Assembly (NCBI GenBank): GCA_963662795.1
Contig: OY759746.1
Span: 160,001-224,000 of the forward strand
Direction of reading: 5' to 3'
Source of the DNA: Spirochaetia bacterium
GTDB taxonomy: Bacteria; Spirochaetota; Spirochaetia; CADAEX01
Length of the DNA: 64,000 nt
Shown here: positions 1-7,849 of the stretch, piece by piece
Position numbering within the stretch: the first letter of the stretch is position 1
How the letters are laid out: every line of letters begins with the position of its first letter
Position numbers and translations under genes: made by a program
The notes under the pieces: generated by a model
Databases searched by the model: none
Seen by the model: the letters and a program-made list of their open reading frames with translations, nothing else
What the model was told of the DNA's origin: nothing

Positions 1-1
1 T

Positions 2-817
2 CTGATAAACAGCGGAACAAAACTTAAAGGTAATATAATTATTGAAAGCGTTGTAAACGAAGAGCATTCAGGAAACGGCACTCTTGCCTGCATTGCCAGG
101 GGTTATAAAGCTGATGCAGTAATTGTTCCTGAAGCTACAGGTATCTATAATTATGCACGCAGATCAGGTGGAGGGGTATACTGGCAGATAAAGATTAAAG
201 GGCGGGAAGTGCATACAGGATCACGGTGGAAAAACGGATTGCATAACGGTATAAGTGCAATAGAAAAAACACCTGTTATAATCAACAGCCTTCTTGAACT
301 TGAAAAAAATATGAACAGGAAAAAACCGGTTTTTTTTCTTGGGATAGGCAAGATAAACGGCGGCACCTATGCCACATCTACAGCACGGGAATGTGTGATG
401 GAAGGAGTCCTTTATTTCAGCCCTGATGCAGGGATAAGCGAAGAAGGGATAAAGAATGTAAAAAAAATGCTGAGGGATTGTATTTCAGCAGCCGGGAAAA
501 ATGACCCATGGCTTTCAGAAAATCCTCCTGTTTTAACATTTTCTCACTATGATGATGCTTATGAAAATAACAATCCTGAAATTATTAATGTTATCAGAAA
601 ATCAGCACGAACTGTTTTAAAGAAAGATATTAATGAAATTGAATCTTCAGCTACAGATTCAAGGCATCTCGGAAACAGGGAAGAAGGGATGCCGGTTGTA
701 ATTTACGGCCCCGGCGATATGGGAAGAGGACATAGTGTTGACGAGTATATAAATATAAATGAATATGTTGAATCTATTAAAGTTCTGGCAATATCACTGT
801 ATGAGTGGTGTAAATAA
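2..817 (+). CDS. M20 family metallo-amidohydrolase (ArgE/DapE-like), 5'-truncated by window edge
   Basis: Frame is open from position 2 (LINSGTKLKGNIIIESVVNEEHSGNG...VIVPEAT); has the metal-binding EE, xPE and C-terminal YGPG...H-x-x-DE motifs. Confidence 0.85.
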   Translation: MINSGTKLKGNIIIESVVNEEHSGNGTLACIARGYKADAVIVPEATGIYNYARRSGGGVYWQIKIKGREVHTGSRWKNGLHNGISAIEKTPVIINSLLELEKNMNRKKPVFFLGIGKINGGTYATSTARECVMEGVLYFSPDAGISEEGIKNVKKMLRDCISAAGKNDPWLSENPPVLTFSHYDDAYENNNPEIINVIRKSARTVLKKDINEIESSATDSRHLGNREEGMPVVIYGPGDMGRGHSVDEYININEYVESIKVLAISLYEWCK

Positions 818-845
818 ATATTACATGTAATACGGGGGAAAATAC

Positions 846-2231
846 ATGTATATGAACAAGGAATCAGAAAAATTAATCAGTCGGGAACAGGGCGACATTA
901 ACTTAAGCACTGCCAGGGCAAAATATCAGGAGCGCAATTTCGACAGAGAAACACTCAAATGGCATAAAGAGGACAAAAAATACTTTCTCCACCAGGCGCT
1001 TTCAACTCCTGTCATGAATATACTTGGGAAAACTGATGGTATTTATATTTATGACCTTACAGGTAAAAAATATATTGATATGCACGGGAACGGTGTTCAT
1101 AACGGAGGATTCAGCAATCCTGATGTAATAAATGCTGTAAAAAAGCAGCTTGATGAAAAGCTTTGCTTTACTCCGAGGCGGTTTTCCAATATCCCTGCGG
1201 TAATGCTTGCAAAAAAGCTTTCAGAAATCACACCGTCCGGTCTTGATAAATCACTTTTCTGCCCCGGCGGATCTGAGGCAATAGAGATGGCAGTTGTGCT
1301 TGCCAAGCAGATCACAGGAAACTTCAGGACTATTTCTTTCTGGGATTCATTCCACGGGGCAGGCTATCAGGCTGCAGGCATCGGAGGGGAGGAGCATTTC
1401 AAGGGAGGCTACGGGCCCATGGTTCCCGGGGCTTTCAGGGTTGAGTTTCCAAACTACTACAGAAATCCCTGGGGCTTTAAAACAGAAGAGGAAGTTGACA
1501 GTGAATGCCTGCGGCAGATGGAAATAATATTTAAAAGAGAGCCGGGGGTAGCGGCAATAATCGGCGAGCCGATTTCCGCCACGCCGGTCGTCCCTAGCCG
1601 CAATTACTGGGAGCGGGTGAAAGAACTTGCCCACAGCTATGGTACGCTGCTTGTTTTTGATGAAATAATCGAAGGGTTCGGGAGGACCGGCAAAATGTTC
1701 GCGTGCGAACATTTTACAGCGCCGGATATTCTTGTCCTCGGCAAAACACTCGGCGGAGGTGTTGTACCGTTTGCAGGCATAGTAACAAGAGAGGAATATG
1801 ATAAGCTTCAGGGAAGATCAATCGGCCACTACACGCATGAGAAAAACCCGCTCTGCTGCGCTGCAGGTCTTGCGGAAATTGAATACCTGGAAAAACACAA
1901 TCTTGTTCAGCATGCAGCAGAGATAGGAAGTTATACCATTGAACGATTTAATCAACTGAAAGAAAAGCACCCTCTGATCGGAAATATAGCAGGCGTAGGC
2001 TGCCATATAGGCATTGATCTTGTAAAAGACAGAGATACAAAGGAGCGTGCAGTACATGAGGCAGAAACTGTTATGTACAAGTGCATGGAAAAGGGGCTTG
2101 CATTCAAGATTATTGAAAGTAACATAATAACACTGAGGCCTTCCCTGCTTATTACAATTGATGAGATGGAGTGGTGCATAAAAACAATTGAAGGGGCAAT
2201 CAGCGAAGTTGAAAGGGGAGATTATTACTGA
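846..2231 (+). CDS. Class III PLP-dependent enzyme, PbfA-like (1-hydroxy-2-aminoethylphosphonate ammonia-lyase subfamily)
   Basis: DEIIEGFGRTG and LGKTLGGG (PLP Lys); EQGDIN, FLHQALSTP, FTPRRF, WDSFHG and GHYTHEKNP match my recollection of PbfA-type proteins. Confidence 0.75.
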   Translation: MYMNKESEKLISREQGDINLSTARAKYQERNFDRETLKWHKEDKKYFLHQALSTPVMNILGKTDGIYIYDLTGKKYIDMHGNGVHNGGFSNPDVINAVKKQLDEKLCFTPRRFSNIPAVMLAKKLSEITPSGLDKSLFCPGGSEAIEMAVVLAKQITGNFRTISFWDSFHGAGYQAAGIGGEEHFKGGYGPMVPGAFRVEFPNYYRNPWGFKTEEEVDSECLRQMEIIFKREPGVAAIIGEPISATPVVPSRNYWERVKELAHSYGTLLVFDEIIEGFGRTGKMFACEHFTAPDILVLGKTLGGGVVPFAGIVTREEYDKLQGRSIGHYTHEKNPLCCAAGLAEIEYLEKHNLVQHAAEIGSYTIERFNQLKEKHPLIGNIAGVGCHIGIDLVKDRDTKERAVHEAETVMYKCMEKGLAFKIIESNIITLRPSLLITIDEMEWCIKTIEGAISEVERGDYY

Positions 2232-2435
2232 AACTTTTATCCCCCATACAGATATACCGAAAATATTGCCGGAAAGGGGCGTTTTTGTAAATGTTGCCTC
2301 ATAAGTATAACGCCAGAATCTCTGGCCTAAGGATGAGGCTCGAGCGTTATAGGAAATGTGAAGCATAATATTATATATCATACGTTTTGAAGTTAGATTG
2401 ACTGGAGAGCCAATTCATGGATTTCGAGGTCTTGA

Positions 2436-2864
2436 GTTGGGAAGGAGCTGGGGGAGATCAATCGCCGCCAGACCCGGCAGCAGGCAGAATGGAAGGCAAT
2501 TCCTGAATCCGGACAGCTTGTGTCTTTTTTAGACATGGACCTTTTGGTGCTCCCGGGAGTGTATCCTCCAAAAGAGGATACAGTGCTGGTGACAAAACAT
2601 TTGCACCTGGATAATTCTGCGAGGGTGTTAGACCTTGGGACTTGAACAGGGGTGCTGGCCATTTGGGCAGCACTACAGGGAGCAGAATCAGTTGTGGCAG
2701 TTGATATCTCCGATACTGCAGTAATAAATGCGAAGCTAAATGTGGAACGGTTCGGATTGCGCAACCGGATTGACGTTAGGGTGGGGAGTATATTTGACAA
2801 TATCTTAAAAACAGTATCATATACATGGTTAAAGCCAATTATCCAGATCTCCTGGAACTGGTGA
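2436..2864 (+). pseudogene. Degraded HemK/PrmC-like class I SAM methyltransferase
   Basis: PGVYPPKEDT...RVLDLGT*TGVLA...VVAVDIS, with an in-frame TGA at 2643-2645 replacing a Gly of motif I; a second TGA at 2433; C-terminal NPPY-type half is absent. Confidence 0.7.
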
Positions 2865-3169
2865 GTTTAACCGAAACTGGTGTATATAAGATTGCTGTAA
2901 TGGGGCAATCAACTCCCGCCGATGGGGCTCCAAGGATGTACTATGTGCTTTCACTATCACTTGCTAACGAGTGCTCTTTATAACAGGAAGCTTCAGAGTA
3001 TGCAATATTTTGAATATGATAGAACAGTCTTCCTTTACGATCCATCTTCATAGTTATATTTATAGTAATATTTTTTAAAACATTAAAACCTATCTATATT
3101 AAATGAGAATTCGCACTCATCGTTTATCTGCAGAACGTTAACCGGCATGATCCATATTCATAAGTCAAG

Positions 3170-4453
3170 TTATACAAGCTCTTTCGAAATGGAAATTGCG
3201 GCGATTGTACCGTCTGCGACCGCAGTTGTTATCTGCCTGTATGCCTTTGTCCTTATGTCTCCCGCGGCATATACATCCTTCACGCTTGTCCGCATATCGC
3301 TGTCTGTTTCAATATAGCCCCATTTATCAAGCTTGAATTTATCGGGAAACATTGCAATATTGGGCAGAAAGCCTGCAAAAATAAATACGCCGTTGGTCCT
3401 CAGGTTTTTGCGTTTACCGGTTTTAAGCTCTTCAACCTCCACTTCCATATCCATATTTCCGTGTCTTTTAAAAACTCTCGGCTCATGCTCAAACATGAAT
3501 GTAATTTTCTTCTCGGCAAATGCCTTTTTCTGTGCTTCCTTATTGGCCTGAAGCTCCGCAAACTGATGTACAATTGTTATGGATTTCGCGAATTTTGCAA
3601 TAAAAAGCGATTCTTCGATTGCTGAATTGCCGCCGCCTATAACTACAACATCTTTTCCTTCAAAATATTTGGCATCGCATGTCGCGCAGTATGAGATACC
3701 GTTTCCCCTGTACTCCTTTTCACCTTCAACTCCGAGAGGCCTGGGGGAAGAACCTGTTGCTATTATTATTTTTTCCGCTTTTAGTGTCTCAACCCCGTCG
3801 ATTACAATCTCTTTTTTTTCAAGGTCTACAGAAGTAACATCAACCGCCACTCTTAATTCAGCTCCGGCAGCCTTTGTCTGCTCCCCCATGTAGTGGGCAA
3901 GCATAAATCCCGGCTGTGCCTCAATAAATCCAGGATAATTGGAAACCTGATGTGTCGTTGCCATATAACCGCCGGGCAGCGCAGGATCAATAATTACCGT
4001 ATTGATATGGGCCTGCGCAAGATAAAGCCCTGCGGTAAGACCTGCAGGCCCTGCGCCAAGAATTGCCACCCTGCATTTTGTTTCAACAGGTTTTATTTTC
4101 TCCCTGATAGCCTTCGCCTTTTCTTCAGGAATAAGAAGCTCCAGATTCTTTACGACATCTGCCCTTCTTATACCTCCGGTAAGTTTTTCACCGGTTGCTT
4201 TTCCGTCTTTGTAAAAGAGAAGTGTCGGCGAGCCGGAAACCTCAAGTTTTTGAGCAAGATCCTTGTTCCCCTGCCTGAAAATCTTGAAAAACTTTATTTC
4301 ATCTCCATATAAAAGGCTTAAGGCTTCATATTTTGTTGCAAGAGCCTCGCAGGGGGGGCATTCTGTCGAATAAAAATCAAGTACTGCGGCTTTTGCAGAA
4401 AGCACCTCCTTTTCATAATCTACCTGGTTGATTTCAATTATTTTCCCAGCCAT
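3170..4453 (-). CDS. Thioredoxin-domain / thioredoxin reductase fusion
   Basis: N-terminal Trx fold with CPPC; GAGPAG FAD motif, SYCATCD active site, GGGNSA, YAAGD; ATG at 4453 preceded by GGAGG. Confidence 0.9.
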   Translation of the reverse strand: MAGKIIEINQVDYEKEVLSAKAAVLDFYSTECPPCEALATKYEALSLLYGDEIKFFKIFRQGNKDLAQKLEVSGSPTLLFYKDGKATGEKLTGGIRRADVVKNLELLIPEEKAKAIREKIKPVETKCRVAILGAGPAGLTAGLYLAQAHINTVIIDPALPGGYMATTHQVSNYPGFIEAQPGFMLAHYMGEQTKAAGAELRVAVDVTSVDLEKKEIVIDGVETLKAEKIIIATGSSPRPLGVEGEKEYRGNGISYCATCDAKYFEGKDVVVIGGGNSAIEESLFIAKFAKSITIVHQFAELQANKEAQKKAFAEKKITFMFEHEPRVFKRHGNMDMEVEVEELKTGKRKNLRTNGVFIFAGFLPNIAMFPDKFKLDKWGYIETDSDMRTSVKDVYAAGDIRTKAYRQITTAVADGTIAAISISKELV

Positions 4454-4457
4454 GTTT

Positions 4458-5795
4458 TTATTTATCCTCCATTTTACTGTATATTGATATTCCCATTTCA
4501 AGAAGCTCCTTTACCGGCCTGCAGTCAGGAGAGGCCAGTTTTCCTGTCCTGTTTTTTGCGACAGACGCGCATCCTCCACCGCAGGCAAGCTGAAGTGAGC
4601 AGTCCCTGCATTCCGGTATTGAAAGAACAGATCTGTTTTCCCACCCGGAGACTTTTTCCCTGTTCAATGACACTTTTGGATAAAAAGTTCCCAGTTCTTC
4701 ACCCTCTTTACCGACTGTTGCGGTACAGGAGTAGATCCTTCCTGTATAGTCAAATGCCCATTCTGTTTTACACCCCGGGCAGGAATCGAAAAGAGGATTT
4801 GGAAGTTCGCCGTTTTCAAACAGAAAGCGGGAAACAGAAAAAGCCGGTTTGTGAAACTGTGTAATTTCAGGATACTTAAGCAGCAGATCATATAATTCAC
4901 TGTATATCTCTGTTCTGGTTAATAGCTCTCCCCTTCCTCCCCGGCAGGTATGGAGTTCGTAATTTCTTCCAAGCTGGGTTTTAAAATTCTCATTTTTTGT
5001 CCAACCCCTGTCAATTGCGAACTGTGCGAGCGTCGGGAGATAAGCGATATTATCACGGTCAAGAACAACCCTGAGGTTTATCCTGTGCCCGGCGGCAAGG
5101 GCCGCGTCAATGGCTGCGACAATTTTCGTAAAGCTCTTTCCCCCGGAAACCAGAGGCCGTCTCCTGTCATGAATTTCCTCAGGCCCGTCAAGAGTAACCT
5201 GTATCTCGCGGATATTTCCCTTTTCAAATACCGGAAGATACTCTTCAAGATTATACCCGTTTGTAACAACTGCAATATCAAGACCTCTCTGAGCTGCTCC
5301 GGTAATCAGTCTCTCTACCCGCTCAAACGCAGTCCTGCCGTGCAAAAGCGGCTCACCGCCGAAAATTGTTATATATTTTTTCCTTCCGGCAAATTCCCTG
5401 TCTATATAGCTGAAAAAAGCATCAATTGTATTGAGAGTCTCTTCCCTCTCTTTTTCCCCGGCACCGTCCGAAACTGATGTAGTGTATTCGCCCTGGTAGC
5501 AGTAGGAACAGCTGAAATTGCATGAATAATCAGGAACATAAAAAATCTGTATCTCACTTTCTGATAGTGTATCAACAAAATCAAGGTATGCTTTTTTATA
5601 AAGTTTTTCTTCCGTCTCTTCTCCGATAAGATAACCCTTGTCAATATACTGCTGCCTGTCGGAGAATATCCCCTTTTCTACTCTCATCCCCTCTTCAGGG
5701 TCAAGAATATCAGCATTGCCTGTAAGTATATTTACTATAAAATAATCTTCTGAATCTTTGAGTTTTGAAAATATGTTATATCTGGAAAAATGCAT
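4458..5795 (-). CDS. Radical SAM / SPASM domain protein (peptide maturase-like)
   Basis: CNFSCSYC, FGGEPLL, VTNG, QVTLDG; C-terminal CPGC..YSC..CRDC..CGGGC..PDC (8 Cys); ATG at 5795 with AGGGAG RBS. Confidence 0.92.
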   Translation of the reverse strand: MHFSRYNIFSKLKDSEDYFIVNILTGNADILDPEEGMRVEKGIFSDRQQYIDKGYLIGEETEEKLYKKAYLDFVDTLSESEIQIFYVPDYSCNFSCSYCYQGEYTTSVSDGAGEKEREETLNTIDAFFSYIDREFAGRKKYITIFGGEPLLHGRTAFERVERLITGAAQRGLDIAVVTNGYNLEEYLPVFEKGNIREIQVTLDGPEEIHDRRRPLVSGGKSFTKIVAAIDAALAAGHRINLRVVLDRDNIAYLPTLAQFAIDRGWTKNENFKTQLGRNYELHTCRGGRGELLTRTEIYSELYDLLLKYPEITQFHKPAFSVSRFLFENGELPNPLFDSCPGCKTEWAFDYTGRIYSCTATVGKEGEELGTFYPKVSLNREKVSGWENRSVLSIPECRDCSLQLACGGGCASVAKNRTGKLASPDCRPVKELLEMGISIYSKMEDK

Positions 5796-5871
5796 CTGAG
5801 CTCCCTGAAATATATATTGCATTGAATATGACCTGAATTGCTGCCTTCAAGCCGTCCTTCTGCTGTAATCC

Positions 5872-5920
5872 AAAAAAAACCACTATTGAGAGTTACCTGT
5901 AAAGGAGCTCCCGATAGTGG
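5872..5920 (-). terminator. Intrinsic terminator-like hairpin between peptide gene and radical SAM gene
   Basis: Minus strand CCACTATCGGGAG...CTCTCAATAGTGG stem followed by T8. Confidence 0.75.
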
Positions 5921-5928
5921 AAAGCAAG

Positions 5929-6024
5929 TCAGTCGTGACACCCTGCCACAATAACCGACACTTTTGCACAGCACTGAGCTGTAGCTTTTGCAGCGTTTTT
6001 TCCGCTGCGAATTAATGATTTCAT
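5929..6024 (-). CDS. Putative RiPP precursor peptide, 31 aa (MKSLIRSGKNAAKATAQCCAKVSVIVAGCHD)
   Basis: Hand-translated; ATG at 6024 with GGGGTG RBS, TGA at 5931-5929, then a terminator; three Cys in the C-terminal half; directly upstream of the SPASM enzyme; below the ORF-track size cut-off. Confidence 0.8.
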   Translation of the reverse strand: MKSLIRSGKNAAKATAQCCAKVSVIVAGCHD

Positions 6025-6064
6025 ATTACACCCCATTAATCAGGCATTATTCTAACACACTGCT

Positions 6065-6715
6065 TTATTTATTGCAGCAGCATGAATGCTTGTATCCTCT
6101 TACAGTAAAACTTGCTACCTGTATAGCCCCTTTATCATAAGGTGCGCTCTCTTCGATAACTGTTATATCCTTAAATCCTGTCCCTGAAAGTATAGACATA
6201 TACTTCTCCCGTGTAACAGAGCCGGCCCAGCATTCTGCTACAGCTTCCGGATCATTGGCATATTCTTCAGGCACCGGTACAGTTGAATAAATATCGCTTA
6301 CCGTGAAAAACCCGCCCGGTTTAAGAACCCTGTATATTTCACTCCATACTTTCCATTTATCCCTGGCATGATTAATTGTACAATTGGAAATAACAATATT
6401 AACTGAATTATCAGCCAAAGGGATATTTTCAAGCTCTGTTTTGATGAATTCAACATTTTTAACACCAAGCAAAATCGCATTTTGCTTTGCTTTTTCAAGC
6501 ATACCATCAGAAATGTCAATTCCGTAGGCAAAACCTGAATCACCTGCAGATTCTGCCATTCTTATTACATCTGTTCCCCTGCCGCTTCCAAGATCAAGAC
6601 ATACATTTCCTTCCCTGACATCTGTCGTTTCAAGAGCTTTCCCGCATGAAAGACAGCATTTATCCTGGGCGAGTTTTGAATATCTTTTATCAATTGCCTG
6701 TATATTGTTTTCCAA
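6065..6715 (-). CDS. arsM: Arsenite methyltransferase (ArsM/AS3MT)-like SAM-dependent methyltransferase
   Basis: LDLGSGRGTD motif I; Cys at the ArsM catalytic positions (LSCG, ISNCTIN, AECWAG); RVLKPGG; C-terminal SCCC tail; TTG start with AAGGGA RBS. Confidence 0.75.
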   Translation of the reverse strand: MENNIQAIDKRYSKLAQDKCCLSCGKALETTDVREGNVCLDLGSGRGTDVIRMAESAGDSGFAYGIDISDGMLEKAKQNAILLGVKNVEFIKTELENIPLADNSVNIVISNCTINHARDKWKVWSEIYRVLKPGGFFTVSDIYSTVPVPEEYANDPEAVAECWAGSVTREKYMSILSGTGFKDITVIEESAPYDKGAIQVASFTVRGYKHSCCCNK

Positions 6716-6740
6716 TGCACTTCCCTTTAATAATATTTTG

Positions 6741-6769
6741 AATATATCATTTTTTATATATTACGTCAA
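6741..6769 (-). promoter_or_regulatory. Sigma70-type promoter of the arsM-like operon
   Basis: TTGACG (6769-6764), 17-nt spacer, TATATT (6746-6741). Confidence 0.6.
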
Positions 6770-6990
6770 TAATGTACGTCACAATATTGCACATTTTTTT
6801 CAGCAGACAAGCAGGAATTAAAACAGATGCAGTTACTTAAGGAATGTTTACGCATCAATTATGCAGGCAATACAGTAAAAAACAATATTTTTCAGCTGCA
6901 GAACAACTTTAAAATAATACATAGTCTCCATAATTTCTTCACATTGCGGGTTTAGATTAGTCCTGAAATCAATATTTCAAGGAGTAGAAA

Positions 6991-7476
6991 ATGAAAAAAA
7001 TTATTTTATTTACTGTTTTACTTGCAGTTCTTGCTGCCGGTTTCGTTTCGGCTGATGGGTGGCCGGGGAATAAAGGTTCATGGAATAATAATGACAACCG
7101 CAATTACAGCGGAAGAGGCGGTTACATGATGGATTACGGTAATTCTCCCTGCATAGGAAATGGACCCGGATTTTCATCATTTACCGAGTTAAAAGAGGTT
7201 TCAGGGGAAATTGTTCTAAATGAAGATGATTTTCCTGCCATTAAAACCGGAAAAGATGTGATGACAATTACACTGCCGGCAGATGCCATTGAAGCGCTCA
7301 AGATTAAAACCGGTTCAAAAATAACAGCTAAAGGGGTGGAGATGCCAGGAAGGAACTGGAGCATAACCGGTGAAAAATTATTCAGAATCTTTGAATTCGA
7401 ATATGAAGGAAAAACCTACATCACCCATGGTATGGGCGGCAGACCGGAACGCGGAGGCATGAGGGGAGGTTTCTGA
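6991..7476 (+). CDS. Secreted hypothetical protein with Gly/Met-rich termini
   Basis: Signal peptide (MKKIILFTVLLAVLAAGFVSA), AAGGAG RBS, terminator downstream. Confidence 0.75.
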   Translation: MKKIILFTVLLAVLAAGFVSADGWPGNKGSWNNNDNRNYSGRGGYMMDYGNSPCIGNGPGFSSFTELKEVSGEIVLNEDDFPAIKTGKDVMTITLPADAIEALKIKTGSKITAKGVEMPGRNWSITGEKLFRIFEFEYEGKTYITHGMGGRPERGGMRGGF

Positions 7477-7506
7477 AAGAAACATCCAGTTGTGTAATGC
7501 AATACG

Positions 7507-7536
7507 AAAAGCCGGATCTTAAAGTCCGGCTTTTTT
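7507..7536 (+). terminator. Intrinsic terminator
   Basis: AAAAGCCGGA-TCTTAAAG-TCCGGCTTTTTT. Confidence 0.8.
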
Positions 7537-7633
7537 CAATAGCACTTCGATAAGTATGATTTATTATATATTAATTTTCAGTATCTCATGCAATCAGCGG
7601 GCAGTATATCTTAAAGTTGTCAGACGGAAAGTT

Positions 7634-7659
7634 AAAAAAACCCCTTTTAATTCGGGGTT
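7634..7659 (-). terminator. Intrinsic terminator of the small ORF at 7849-7691
   Basis: Minus strand AACCCC-GAATTAAAA-GGGGTTTTTTT. Confidence 0.55.
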
Positions 7660-7690
7660 ATTTCTTTAAAAAAAAACAGTTGCTAATAAT

Positions 7691-7849
7691 CTATTCCAGA
7701 CCTTTTTCAGTTTCATTATTCAATACTTCAGTTATTTGCTTATTTCTCAGGTCCAGGTGTTTGATATCAGGATATTTGGGAACCAACACCGCAAATACCG
7801 TAAAGATTATCGCTAACAGTATTAAGGAAATTATTGAATATTCTTTCAT
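7691..7849 (-). CDS. Small single-pass membrane protein, 52 aa (MKEYSIISLILLAIIFTVFAVLVPKYPDIKHLDLRNKQITEVLNNETEKGLE)
   Basis: Hand-translated; AGGAGA RBS, ATG 7849, TAG 7693-7691, one hydrophobic helix, own terminator; not in ORF track. Confidence 0.65.
   Translation of the reverse strand: MKEYSIISLILLAIIFTVFAVLVPKYPDIKHLDLRNKQITEVLNNETEKGLE

Noticed and set aside
2643-2645. TGA recoded as Sec/Gly/Trp (alternative genetic code)
   Set aside because: TGA terminates many intact genes in this window, the position is a motif glycine, and the ORF is otherwise degraded
5893-5931. Selenocysteine read-through of the peptide's TGA (a hairpin follows it)
   Set aside because: The hairpin ends in T8 like a terminator, and the extension (ULAFHYRELLYR) looks uninformative; homologues with Cys and a conserved extension would reopen it
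5735-5974. 79-aa ORF-track entry as the precursor
   Set aside because: No RBS, runs through the terminator and overlaps the radical SAM gene out of frame; the 6024-5929 ORF has RBS, ATG and terminator
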